Source of the DNA: an uncultured Clostridia bacterium
GTDB lineage: Bacteria > Bacillota > Clostridia > Christensenellales > Aristaeellaceae
Assembly: GCA_934643825.1 (NCBI GenBank)
Contig: CAKUCW010000003.1
Location: 19,320-83,319, forward strand
Direction: 5' to 3'
Length of the DNA: 64,000 nucleotides
Below, in pieces: positions 52,456-61,896 of the stretch. A program made the position numbers and the translations under genes. How positions within the stretch are numbered: position 1 is the stretch's first letter; the number at the start of each line of letters is the position of its first letter. The notes beneath the pieces were generated by a model, which was given only the letters and a program-made list of their open reading frames with translations, was not told the origin of the DNA and searched no databases.

Positions 52456-52524
52456 AGCTATTCTTTCCTTGATCCCGGCGGAAGTGCTTTTCCCCACAAA
52501 AAAGGAAGAATAGCTTCTTTTGTT
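52456..52524 (+). terminator. Long-loop hairpin with T-run after the ADH gene; sequence-related to the flank of the IS200 copy
   Basis: AGCTATTCTTTCC...(35 nt)...GGAAGAATAGCT followed by TCTTTTGTT. AAATTCAGCTATTCTTTC equals the reverse complement of 26773-26790. Confidence 0.5.
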
Positions 52525-52725
52525 ATGGGCGTTTTTCGTTCACGACGCGTTTTTGTCGTGTATGAACATATACCGCATTTAGCGCCCACCCTTTGGGTAT
52601 TCAAGACAACTCCCTTTTATTCTTCTGAACAATATGATAAATTACAGTATAGGAGATTGTATGCTTTCCATATTTTAGAGAAGAAAGATATAGGGTTATT
52701 TTCACAGTACATGAGGAGGAGCACC

Positions 52726-54654
52726 ATGCGCCAAACGATTGATCTCTGTCAGGGCTGGCAATTCACCGGTTTTGACGGAAAGACCATCGAGGTCAACGTT
52801 CCCCATACCTGGAACAACATCGACGGACAGGATGGCGGAAACGATTACAAGCGCGGAAGCTGCCGATACGAGCGTTCCTTTGCCTGCCCTACGTTTGACA
52901 GGGACAGCGAAGAGGTCTGGCTCGAATTCGACGGCGTCAACGCATCCGCAACGGTCACCGTAAACGGCAGGGAAGTCTGCGTCCACGACGGCGGCTATTC
53001 CACATTCCGCGCAAACGTCACGCCGCTGCTTGCCGAAACGAATGACCTCGTCGTCATCGCCGACAACAGCAAAAACGACCGTGTCTATCCCCAAAAGGCG
53101 GATTTCACCTTCTACGGCGGCATTTATCGTGCGGTTCGTCTGCTGATCGTCAACAAAGTCCATTTTGCGCTGGACTATCTCGGCTCCTGCGGCGTCCGCG
53201 TGACGCCCACGCCGGACGGCGATTCCGCCAATGTCCGCGTGCAGAGCCGCGTCACCGGCGGCGAGGTGAGCATCACGCTCATCAACGCCAAGGGAAAGAC
53301 CGTCGGCACGGGCGCGGGGCTTGATACCGTCGTCCGCATCGAAAAGGCGCACCGCTGGCACGGTGTGGAAGATCCGTATCTCTACACCTGCCGCGTCGAG
53401 CTGAAGGACAACGGCGTCGTGACCGACAAATTGGAGATTCCGTTCGGCGTCCGCTCCTTCCGCACCGACCCGAAGAAGGGTTTCTTCCTCAACGACAAGC
53501 CCTATCCCCTGCACGGCGTATCTCGCCATCAGGATCGCAAGGGCGTCGGCAACGCCATCACCCGTAAGATGCACGACGAGGACATGGCACTCATCCGTGA
53601 GCTGGGCTGCAACACCGTCCGTCTGGCGCACTATCAGCACGACCAGTATTTCTATGATCTGTGCGACAAATACGGCATGGTCGTCTGGGCAGAGATTCCC
53701 TACATCAGCGAGCATATGCCCAACGGTCGGGAAAACACCATCAGCCAGATGAAAGAGCTGATTGAGCAGAACTACAACCACGCGAGCATCGTCTGCTGGG
53801 GCGTTTCCAACGAGATCACCATCTCCACCAAGGACAAGAAGGACATGCTCGACAATCACCATGTCCTCAACGACCTCATTCACGAAACCGACCCGCTCCG
53901 CTTCACGACGCTGGCATGCTATGCGATGTGCGGCCCGTTCAACAAGAGCGCCCATATCACCGACGTCGTCAGCTGGAACCTCTATCTGGGCTGGTATGTC
54001 CCGGGTCTGTTCCTCAACGACCTGTGGATCGGTTTCTTCCATCTCTGCTTCCCGAAGCGCTGCCTCGGATACAGCGAATACGGCGCGGAGGGCATGCCGA
54101 ACCTGCACAGCTCTCATCCCCGCCGCAACGACCACACCGAAGAATATCAGGCGAAGTACCATGAGTTCATGATCAAGTGCTTCAAGCGCCATCCGCACAT
54201 GTGGGCGACGCACGTCTGGAACATGTTCGATTTTGCGGCGGACGCCCGCGATCAGGGCGGCGAGCCGGGCATGAACCACAAGGGACTGATGACCTTCGAC
54301 CGCAAGATCAAGAAGGACAGCTTCTATATCTATAAGGCAAACTGGAGCAAGGATCCCTTCGTTCACATCTGCTCCAAGCGCTATGTCGAGCGCTGCGAAA
54401 AGACGACCACCATCAAGGTCTATTCCACCGAGAAGAAGATCAAGCTGCTGGTCAATGGCAAGCCCTTTGCCGAGCAGACGCGTGACGACCACGTCTTCAC
54501 CTTCCGCGTGCCGCTCACCGGCGACATCCGCGTGGAGGCCATTTCCGGCAAATACACGGACAGTGCGACCTTCCGCAAGGTCGATCATCCGAATCCGGAT
54601 TACGTCCTCAAGAAGGTTAAGAACCGTCAAAAATCCAATTGGGTCGATGCCTGA
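52726..54654 (+). CDS. Glycoside hydrolase family 2, probable beta-glucuronidase
   Basis: ATG lies after AGGAGGAG. The acid/base motif is WGVSNEIT and the nucleophile motif is YSEYGAEG. An N-x-K motif (GMNHKGLMTFDRK) is present, and the genomic context is hexuronate utilisation. Confidence 0.8.
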   Translation: MRQTIDLCQGWQFTGFDGKTIEVNVPHTWNNIDGQDGGNDYKRGSCRYERSFACPTFDRDSEEVWLEFDGVNASATVTVNGREVCVHDGGYSTFRANVTPLLAETNDLVVIADNSKNDRVYPQKADFTFYGGIYRAVRLLIVNKVHFALDYLGSCGVRVTPTPDGDSANVRVQSRVTGGEVSITLINAKGKTVGTGAGLDTVVRIEKAHRWHGVEDPYLYTCRVELKDNGVVTDKLEIPFGVRSFRTDPKKGFFLNDKPYPLHGVSRHQDRKGVGNAITRKMHDEDMALIRELGCNTVRLAHYQHDQYFYDLCDKYGMVVWAEIPYISEHMPNGRENTISQMKELIEQNYNHASIVCWGVSNEITISTKDKKDMLDNHHVLNDLIHETDPLRFTTLACYAMCGPFNKSAHITDVVSWNLYLGWYVPGLFLNDLWIGFFHLCFPKRCLGYSEYGAEGMPNLHSSHPRRNDHTEEYQAKYHEFMIKCFKRHPHMWATHVWNMFDFAADARDQGGEPGMNHKGLMTFDRKIKKDSFYIYKANWSKDPFVHICSKRYVERCEKTTTIKVYSTEKKIKLLVNGKPFAEQTRDDHVFTFRVPLTGDIRVEAISGKYTDSATFRKVDHPNPDYVLKKVKNRQKSNWVDA

Positions 54655-54706
54655 GAAGGCAGCACGATAGATTGAACCACACATACACAGAAGGGAGTCC
54701 TCATTC

Positions 54707-56302
54707 ATGTCTAAACCCGCAGCCGCGGCGAGCCATGACGGCGTGAATCGCGCAAAGCCATATCAGCTCATGCTGTTCCCGCTCAACAACGGCGCAACCA
54801 ACGTTTACTTTGTTCTCATCCTCTCCTATGTCGCTCAGTTCGGTTCGAGCATCCTCAAGCTGGGTATGTTCGCCTCCATCATGGTCACCGTCATGCGTAT
54901 CGCCGACGCCGTGACCGACCCGATCATCGGCGCGATGATGGACCGCACCAGCACCAGAATCGGTAAATTCCGCCCGTTCATGATTCTGGGCAGCGCGGTC
55001 ATGGCAATCAGCGTCATCATCCTCTACTGCCTGCTCCCGCTGATTCCCGAGTCAATGATGGCTCTGCGCTATATCAGCTTCACGTTGATCTATTTCATCT
55101 GGGTGCTTGGCTACACGTTCCAGACGAGCTGCACCCGCGCCGGTCAGACCGTTTTGACCAACGACCCGAGCCAGCGTCCGCTGTTCACCATCTTCAACAC
55201 CATCGGCTCCCTGCTGGGCATGGGCGTCATGCAGTTCATGATCCCGCTGGTCAAGGCAGGCTTTGACGTCAAGGATGAAGCGGGCGTGCTCATCTCCTCC
55301 GGCTACGCCAACCCCGAGCTTTACCGCATCATCACCCCGATCGGCATCGCGATTTCCGTTCTGCTGACCGCGCTGGCGATTATCGGCATCGCGGAAAAGG
55401 ATCGTCCGGAATACTACGGCATCGGCGGCAAGGATCAGAAGAAGGTCAAGTTCTCCGAGTATGCTCAGATTCTGAAGGAAAACAAGCCGATGCAGCGTCT
55501 GATGGTCGCCGGCGCGGGCTGCAAGCTCGCCCTCGCCATCGCAACGAACACCACCGTTCTGCTCGCGCTCTACGGCATCCTGATGGGCAACTACAACTCC
55601 CTGTACCTGCCGATGATGATTCTGGGCTATGTGTTCGCCGTTCCGTTCTTCCTGCTCTCTGTCCGCACCTCTCAGAAGAAGGGACAGAAGGCTTCCCTCA
55701 CCCGCTATGTTTCCATCGCGCTCCTGTGCTACGTCGGCGTGCTTGCCCTGCTGCTCTTCAGCCAGAACGGCAATCCGGCGCGTATGCTGTCCTTCCCGTT
55801 TGAAGGCGGCAGCAGCATCAACCTGTACACCATCCTGTTCATCCTCTGCTTCGGCATCGGCTACGGCGCGTATTATGCCACGGCGGACATGCCGATCCCG
55901 ATGGTTGCGGACTGCTCGGACTACGAAACCTATCGTTCCGGCAAGTACATCCCGGGCATCATGGGCACCATGTTCTCCCTCGTGGATAAGCTCGTTTCCT
56001 CTCTGGCTCAGACGCTGGTTGCGTTCATCTTCCTGCTCTGCGCCGGCATGAGCGAGCTGCCGACCGACAGCACCCCGTATTCAGTCGGCATCAAGGTCGC
56101 CGTCATCATCATGTTCTGCGTCATCCCGATGCTCGCGTGGATCGCGACGCTCATCGCCATGAAGGGTTACAGCCTGACCGGCGAAAAGATGAAGGAGATT
56201 CAGGCTGTCAACGGCGCACGCAAGAAGGCGATTGCCTCCGGCATGACCCTCGAGCAGTCCATGGAAACCTACAAGACCCTCGCGGATGTCGAGAAACAGT
56301 GA
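54707..56302 (+). CDS. Glycoside-pentoside-hexuronide (GPH):cation symporter family transporter
   Basis: 531 aa with about 12 TM segments. RIADAVTDPIIGAMMDRTSTRIGKFRPFM is the GPH/MelB-UidB signature. Confidence 0.85.
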   Translation: MSKPAAAASHDGVNRAKPYQLMLFPLNNGATNVYFVLILSYVAQFGSSILKLGMFASIMVTVMRIADAVTDPIIGAMMDRTSTRIGKFRPFMILGSAVMAISVIILYCLLPLIPESMMALRYISFTLIYFIWVLGYTFQTSCTRAGQTVLTNDPSQRPLFTIFNTIGSLLGMGVMQFMIPLVKAGFDVKDEAGVLISSGYANPELYRIITPIGIAISVLLTALAIIGIAEKDRPEYYGIGGKDQKKVKFSEYAQILKENKPMQRLMVAGAGCKLALAIATNTTVLLALYGILMGNYNSLYLPMMILGYVFAVPFFLLSVRTSQKKGQKASLTRYVSIALLCYVGVLALLLFSQNGNPARMLSFPFEGGSSINLYTILFILCFGIGYGAYYATADMPIPMVADCSDYETYRSGKYIPGIMGTMFSLVDKLVSSLAQTLVAFIFLLCAGMSELPTDSTPYSVGIKVAVIIMFCVIPMLAWIATLIAMKGYSLTGEKMKEIQAVNGARKKAIASGMTLEQSMETYKTLADVEKQ

Positions 56303-56351
56303 CCCTTTCCCCTGCATCATTTTAAATCATATAAAAGGAGTACACTAACCT

Positions 56352-57407
56352 ATGAAGAGTTCTTTCCGTTGGTATGGCGACAGCGATCCGGTAACGCTGG
56401 ATATGATTCGCCAGATTCCGGGCATGCGCTCCATCGTTTCCGCCGTTTATGACGTCAAGCCGGGCGAGGTTTGGCCGGAGGAATCCATCAAGCACCTCGT
56501 TGACGAGTGCGCCGAAAAGGGACTGATCTTCGACGTCGTCGAGTCCATCCCCGTGACCGAGGAAATCAAGCTCGGTCTGCCGGAGCGCGACCGCCACATC
56601 GAAAACTACTGCGAATCCATCCGCCGCTGCGCGAAGTACGGCATCAAGTGCGTGACCTACAACTTCATGCCCGTCTTTGACTGGACGCGCACGCAGCTTG
56701 ACAAGATGGCGCCGGACGGCTCCACCAGCCTGGTCATGTACTGGGATCAGATGAAGAACCTCGACCCGCTCAAGGACGATATCCACCTGCCGGGCTGGGA
56801 TTCCAGCTACACGCAGGACGAAGTCCGCGACCTGATCCGCGCTTACGGCAAGCTCGGCGAGGAAGGTCTGTGGGCAAACATCGAGTACTTCCTCAAGCGC
56901 GTTATTCCGGTCGCCGAGGAATGCGGCGTCGTGATGGCGCTCCATCCGGATGATCCGCCCTACCCGATCTTCGGTCTGCCGCGTGTCATCACCTGCGAGG
57001 AGAACATCGACCGCTACCTCGCCATCGTGGACAGCCCCTCCAACACCATGTGCCTTTGCACCGGTTCTCTGGGCTGCTCCCCGAAGAACGACATCCCCAA
57101 GCTGGTTCGCAAGTATTCCGCGATGAACCGCATCGGCTTCATGCACCTGCGCAACGTCCGCATCCTGCCGGATACGTCCTTTGAGGAGTCCGGTCACCTG
57201 ACCAAGGACGGCAGCCTGGATATGAACGCCATCGTCAAGGCGCTGGTTGAAACCGGCTTCACCGGCTACTTCCGCCCGGATCACGGACGCATGATCTGGA
57301 GCGAGGTCGGCTCCAACGCGAAGCCCGGCTATGGTCTGTATGACCGTGCGCTCGGCTCTGCCTATCTCAACGGCCTGATCGAGGCGAACGGCGGCATCAT
57401 CGAGTGA
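56352..57407 (+). CDS. uxuA: Mannonate dehydratase UxuA
   Basis: MKSSFRWYGDSDPVTLDMIRQIPG... is the canonical UxuA N-terminus. 351 aa. Confidence 0.9.
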   Translation: MKSSFRWYGDSDPVTLDMIRQIPGMRSIVSAVYDVKPGEVWPEESIKHLVDECAEKGLIFDVVESIPVTEEIKLGLPERDRHIENYCESIRRCAKYGIKCVTYNFMPVFDWTRTQLDKMAPDGSTSLVMYWDQMKNLDPLKDDIHLPGWDSSYTQDEVRDLIRAYGKLGEEGLWANIEYFLKRVIPVAEECGVVMALHPDDPPYPIFGLPRVITCEENIDRYLAIVDSPSNTMCLCTGSLGCSPKNDIPKLVRKYSAMNRIGFMHLRNVRILPDTSFEESGHLTKDGSLDMNAIVKALVETGFTGYFRPDHGRMIWSEVGSNAKPGYGLYDRALGSAYLNGLIEANGGIIE

Positions 57408-57474
57408 TCCGCCCCGCCCCGTTTGAGCGATATATTTATTTAAACACAACCGATTGAAAGGATGTAGAAGAACT

Positions 57475-58317
57475 ATGAATCTGCCTTTGAATGTTGATTT
57501 TTCCGGTAAAGTTGTCGTTATCACCGGTGCGGGCGGCGTGCTCTGCGGCGAAATGGCTCGCGCTTACGCGCAGGCGGGCGCCAAGGTTGCCGCGCTCGAC
57601 CTGAACGAAGAAGCCGTCCAGAAGCTCGCCGACGAGCTGACCGCCGAGGGCTATATCTGCAAGGGTTACAAGGCAAACGTTCTGGATCCGGAGGCTCTTG
57701 AGGCTGTCCATCAGCAGGTTCTCGCCGACCTCGGCCCCTGCGATATTCTGATCAACGGTGCCGGCGGAAACAACCCGCGTGCGACCACCGACAACGAGTA
57801 TCAGCACGAAGCCAAGGAAGGTCAGAAGACCTTCTTCGATCTGGATCAGAGCGGCGTTGACTTCGTCTTCAAGCTCAACTTCCAGGGCACGCTGCTGCCG
57901 ACTCAGGCGTTTGCCAAGGACATGGTCGCCCGCAAGAACGGCAACATCCTGAACATCTCCTCCATGAACGCTTACATCCCGCTGACCAAGATCCCGGCGT
58001 ACTCCGGCGCGAAGGCTGCCATCAGCAACTTCACCCAGTGGCTGGCGACCCACTTCGCGGGCACCGGCATCCGCTGCAACGCGATTGCTCCGGGCTTCCT
58101 GGTTTCCAACCAGAACCGCGCTCTGCTCTTCAACGAGGACGGCACCCCGACCGCTCGCAGCGCGAAGATCCTCGCCGGCACCCCGATGGGCCGCTTCGTG
58201 GATTCCAAGGAGCTGCTCGGCGGCGTGTTCTTCCTGACGGATGACGCGGCTGCTTCCGCGATCACCGGCGTCGTTCTGCCGATCGACTGCGGCTTCGCTG
58301 CTTACTCCGGCGTCTGA
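57475..58317 (+). CDS. SDR family oxidoreductase, probable D-mannonate oxidoreductase (fructuronate reductase, YjmF type)
   Basis: GKVVVITGAGGVLCGEMA (TGxxxGxG), plus S...YSGAK catalytic residues. It lies directly downstream of uxuA. Confidence 0.8.
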   Translation: MNLPLNVDFSGKVVVITGAGGVLCGEMARAYAQAGAKVAALDLNEEAVQKLADELTAEGYICKGYKANVLDPEALEAVHQQVLADLGPCDILINGAGGNNPRATTDNEYQHEAKEGQKTFFDLDQSGVDFVFKLNFQGTLLPTQAFAKDMVARKNGNILNISSMNAYIPLTKIPAYSGAKAAISNFTQWLATHFAGTGIRCNAIAPGFLVSNQNRALLFNEDGTPTARSAKILAGTPMGRFVDSKELLGGVFFLTDDAAASAITGVVLPIDCGFAAYSGV

Positions 58318-58429
58318 TTCGACTGTATTGCCGATAAGCGCACGCAAACGCTCGACAAAAAACACCGTTTTCACATTTCTGCCATATTTCGGAATCTGCT
58401 GAAAAATGCTTTCCGAATAACAAAAAAGA

Positions 58430-58438
58430 TGGTATAAT
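58430..58438 (+). promoter_or_regulatory. Extended -10 promoter (TGgTATAAT)
   Basis: It lies about 70 nt upstream of the ATG at 58509. Confidence 0.45.
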
Positions 58439-58508
58439 AGAAAGTGATAACAAGCAGTCCGACAGCGAAAAATGTCGGCTGCTCAATGAAAAAAGGAGTG
58501 CTATCGAC

Positions 58509-59174
58509 ATGAAAAAGTTCATTGCTCTGCTTGCCGTTGTCCTGATGCTCCCATGCATCGCGCTGGCTGATCCCGCCGCTATCCTTGCTGCCGATCCGGA
58601 AGAGGTCATGACCTTCGACCGCGATTCTCAGGTGACCGCATGGGAAGGCAAGTGGGTTCTCTCCGCTGCTTTCATCGGCGAAGATTACGCTGAGGAAAAC
58701 GACCTCACGACCACCGGTCTGATTGCGGTTCCCGAAAATGCCGCTACCCTCGAGCTGTCCACCGTTCTGGACGGCAGCGCGAACGACAAGGAACTCGGCA
58801 CCATGGTTGACGTTGCTTCCTACATCCACGCGCATGTGTACGACCTGATGGGCACCCTGACCTTCTCCGAAGAGATTGCTCCGGACGACGAGCCCTACAC
58901 CGTGAAGAGCGCTTGGGACGAGTGGCCCAACAACGTCATCCGCGGCGAGAACGACGGTGACTTCAACTACGGCCCGTCCAAGACCCACATCAAGGGCGAA
59001 GAAGACACCCTCTACTGGGCTGCCATCACCGGCGTCGAAGTCGAGGATATGGACGAGATGAAGTACATCGGCATGAACAAGGCCGGTCAGATGATCCTGT
59101 GCTATGCCGACGACAACGTTGCCAAGAAGGACGGCGACGTCTGCTTCGCTTACATCTTCGAGCGTGCCGAGTAA
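58509..59174 (+). CDS. Secreted acidic hypothetical protein
   Basis: Signal peptide MKKFIALLAVVLMLPCIALADP, with an AAAGGAG RBS. 221 aa. Confidence 0.6.
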   Translation: MKKFIALLAVVLMLPCIALADPAAILAADPEEVMTFDRDSQVTAWEGKWVLSAAFIGEDYAEENDLTTTGLIAVPENAATLELSTVLDGSANDKELGTMVDVASYIHAHVYDLMGTLTFSEEIAPDDEPYTVKSAWDEWPNNVIRGENDGDFNYGPSKTHIKGEEDTLYWAAITGVEVEDMDEMKYIGMNKAGQMILCYADDNVAKKDGDVCFAYIFERAE

Positions 59175-59197
59175 TCGAGCAATCAAGCAAATAAAAG

Positions 59198-59229
59198 GAG
59201 CATCCTCTGAAAAAGAGGATGCTCTTTTT
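59198..59229. terminator. Bidirectional rho-independent terminator between convergent genes
   Basis: GAGCATCCTCT-GAAAA-AGAGGATGCTC is flanked by A-rich sequence (ATAAAAG) on one side and TTTTT on the other. Confidence 0.85.
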
Positions 59230-59298
59230 GTATGCATGGAAAAACACACGAAGTTGTTTCTCAGCTTCATCGATTCTGATTCATGAATCGAAACGCTG

Positions 59299-60834
59299 TC
59301 AGTCGTAACACCTTTCCTCCCTGCGTTTCTCCGCATTGAACGCCGCAAACAGGCAGCCTACCGTCACAACCAGCAGGAAACCCGCCCAGAGAATGCCCGT
59401 CCATTCCTCACGGGTCAGCCCCAGCATCATCGGGCGATATACGCGCATCGCAACAGCTTCGCCGAGCTGCGTGTCCCCGTGATCCGTCTGCCATGCCAGC
59501 GTCGCGCCCAGCAGCTTTTCGCGCATGTTCTCCAGCGGTTCATCTGCCCGGACGCGCAGTCGCACAACCCGCGTATTGGCATCGACAGCGCCCGCCTGCT
59601 CATCGGCTGCATCCATGTGCAAATCAAAGACAATGGCATCGTTTTCCCTGCGAATCTCCGGTTCCTCCTGCGCATGATCTGCCGCGACGGCTTCCGCCTG
59701 CGGCTTTGCGCCATCGTCTGTCATCCACGGCACGACGGTTTTTTCATCGGATTCGCCCGTTTCAGCTTCATCCTCCGTGGCAGCATCCGCCTTCTTTTCT
59801 TCCGTTACCAGCGAAATTCCATCCGGAAGCACGCAGGAAACGCGCACATCCGCCGCCGCCAGCCCCGCGTTGACCACCACCACATTGAGCGCCATCTCTT
59901 CTCCTGTTTCCAGGCTCTCCGCCTGTGGCAGAAGGCGTGCGCTGATTCTCGCACCGCACAGCTGAATGCGCGGCACGGCAATGCGCTTGCCGCCCACCCG
60001 CAGCGTGCCATTCAGCAGGCGCATGGCGTCCTCATCGCCATCCAGCGCGTTCTCGGCAATTTTGACCGTCCACGCGAGCGTTACGCCGGACGGCTTGCCG
60101 TCCTTCGCGGCTTTCGCGCAGACTTCGCCCACCATACGGCGTTCCGCCTGTGTAAAGCCTGCCGGAAGCTCGCTGACAAGCTCAACGCCGACCGGGAGAA
60201 TCAGCTCAACCGGCACGGTTTGATCCGCCGTACCCGCGTTGCAAACCTCCAGCGCATACACCAGCGTATCGCCGATCTTCGCTCTGCCGTCTTGGTCGCC
60301 CTGCACGGCAGCGCTTGCCGAAACATCCGCCACACACAGCTGCATCGGCATCACCGCACGATAAAAGCGCGTACCGATATTCATCTCGACTGAGATCTTC
60401 GTCTGCTCGCTCTTGCCGCCCGGCATCAGCGTCAAATTACGCGTAAACGTTGTCACGGAAGGCCGGAGCGTTCCGTTTTCATCCATTTGAGCGGCGGGAA
60501 GCGTCGCTTTCCATGCGCTCTGCTGCCCCGCGTCCATCGCCAGTCTTTCCGGAAGCGTCAACGTCAGGGAAACCTCCGTTTCCACCGGACGCGGGTTTTG
60601 CGCCGCAATGGTCACGACAACCGTTTTCCCCTCTTCCACGCGGTTTTCCTGTGCGCTGATTTCGAGCGTCAGGTCTTTTTCCATCGCTGCCGCGGTCTGT
60701 GCCGCGCCGACAGCCAGCCCCTCGCTCAGTCCCGTTTGCACAGCCTGAAAGAAGTCCGGCAGTCCCTGTGCCATGCCCGCCGCAGGCAAAAGCAGGCAAA
60801 CCGCAGCCAGGACAATCAAGCAAATCTTTTTCAC
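59299..60834 (-). CDS. Cell-surface protein with DUF11/CARDB-like repeats, an N-terminal signal peptide and a C-terminal TM anchor
   Basis: GTG start 8 nt after AAGGAGG. Signal peptide VKKICLIVLAAVCLLLPAAGMAQG. There are three segments resembling LVYALEVCNAGTADQTVPVELILPVGVELVS. The C-terminal anchor is WAGFLLVVTVGCLFAAF. Confidence 0.65.
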   Translation of the reverse strand: MKKICLIVLAAVCLLLPAAGMAQGLPDFFQAVQTGLSEGLAVGAAQTAAAMEKDLTLEISAQENRVEEGKTVVVTIAAQNPRPVETEVSLTLTLPERLAMDAGQQSAWKATLPAAQMDENGTLRPSVTTFTRNLTLMPGGKSEQTKISVEMNIGTRFYRAVMPMQLCVADVSASAAVQGDQDGRAKIGDTLVYALEVCNAGTADQTVPVELILPVGVELVSELPAGFTQAERRMVGEVCAKAAKDGKPSGVTLAWTVKIAENALDGDEDAMRLLNGTLRVGGKRIAVPRIQLCGARISARLLPQAESLETGEEMALNVVVVNAGLAAADVRVSCVLPDGISLVTEEKKADAATEDEAETGESDEKTVVPWMTDDGAKPQAEAVAADHAQEEPEIRRENDAIVFDLHMDAADEQAGAVDANTRVVRLRVRADEPLENMREKLLGATLAWQTDHGDTQLGEAVAMRVYRPMMLGLTREEWTGILWAGFLLVVTVGCLFAAFNAEKRREERCYD

Positions 60835-60989
60835 TGGATCAACCTCCTTGCGCGATTTACTTTGACCAAATTTTCCTTCTGCTATACACAAAAAGCGGGC
60901 TGAGCCCGCCTTCACTTCCGCCGAAGTCCGCCACACATCAAAGTCTTGCTCACGCGGGCGATTTTACGCAATTTCCTATACGTTAAAAT

Positions 60990-61225
60990 CGGGGAGAGGG
61001 ACGTTAGAGCTGCCGCCCTAAAACCCGCCTGAGGGGGCTTCGTCCGGGAAACTCGCATAGGGGCGCTGTCCTCTGCCTGCGGCAGACGCGCCCGCTTCGC
61101 GAACGCGCAAGCGCTCCTTGCGATTTCCGATTTCCGTCACGCTGAATCCCGCACAGCGGGCGCGTGACTCCAATCCCCTCAGACTCCCTTCTTCGCTTCG
61201 CGGCGGTTTAAAGCGTGTGCGCGTT
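60990..61225. repeat. Highly structured intergenic element related to the mosaic hairpin repeat family
   Basis: Nested hairpins (TCTGCC/GGCAGA, CGCAAG/CTTGCG, GTCACGC/GCGTGAC with an inner CCCGC/GCGGG) sit inside an outer CTGAGGGG...CCCCTCAG pair. The 3' end CTTCGCTTCGCGGCGGTTTAAA matches 16536-16556. Confidence 0.7.
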
Positions 61226-61290
61226 TATTTCCGCGAATCAAAAAAAAGCCATGCGGCATACCCACACAGCTTTTTCTAAACTTTGATCGA

Positions 61291-61602
61291 TTATTCCTGT
61301 TCGCCGTCGTCTTCGCTCAGCGCTTCGTCGATGGCTTCCCAGACTTCTTCGTTTTCCTCGACGGTTTCTTCTTCAACGTCAAAAACGTCCTCTTCGCCGT
61401 CCAGCACGAGGATATCCTCCTCGCCCGCGTTCTTCGCCTGCACGATCAGCTCCATCGTATCCACGTCCACCGCGAAAATCGTCTCCGGAGAAGCGGAATG
61501 ATCCTTCAGATAGCGAGCGACGGAAGCCGCCAGCTTACGATTCATTTTGAAAACAATGGCACGATGTTCGCTATGCGTGATTTCCATATTCATATCGTCC
61601 AT
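61291..61602 (-). CDS. Small acidic hypothetical protein
   Basis: 103 aa, with an AAGGAG RBS 9 nt upstream. The C-terminal third is almost entirely D/E. Confidence 0.5.
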   Translation of the reverse strand: MDDMNMEITHSEHRAIVFKMNRKLAASVARYLKDHSASPETIFAVDVDTMELIVQAKNAGEEDILVLDGEEDVFDVEEETVEENEEVWEAIDEALSEDDGEQE

Positions 61603-61745
61603 AATGGCACACTCCTTTAAGCATTGGTTTCTGTCAGGATAACATCTCCGGCAGTTTCTGTCAAGAGCTGCCTTTTATTCGTTCAGCCTTTCTGGAATTC
61701 TGCCATTTTAAGGGCTTTCCGAACCGTTAAGAACGCGACAAGAAA

Positions 61746-61883
61746 TTACTTTTCGTGTCCCGCCGTCCAATGGGCAAGCGCATAAATCACGCCGATGATC
61801 ACCAGCATGACCGCAAAAATGCCCAGCATACCTTCACCCATGAAAACAAGGGATTGCCGAAATGCCTGAAGATTGATGCTCAT
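61746..61883 (-). CDS. 45-aa single-TM protein, OadG-like small subunit candidate (not in ORF track)
   Basis: My translation: MSINLQAFRQSLVFMGEGMLGIFAVMLVIIGVIYALAHWTAGHEK. A GGAGGG RBS lies 7 nt upstream, and the start is 13 nt after the oadB stop. Confidence 0.55.
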   Translation of the reverse strand: MSINLQAFRQSLVFMGEGMLGIFAVMLVIIGVIYALAHWTAGHEK

Positions 61884-61896
61884 GGTTTCGCCCTCC

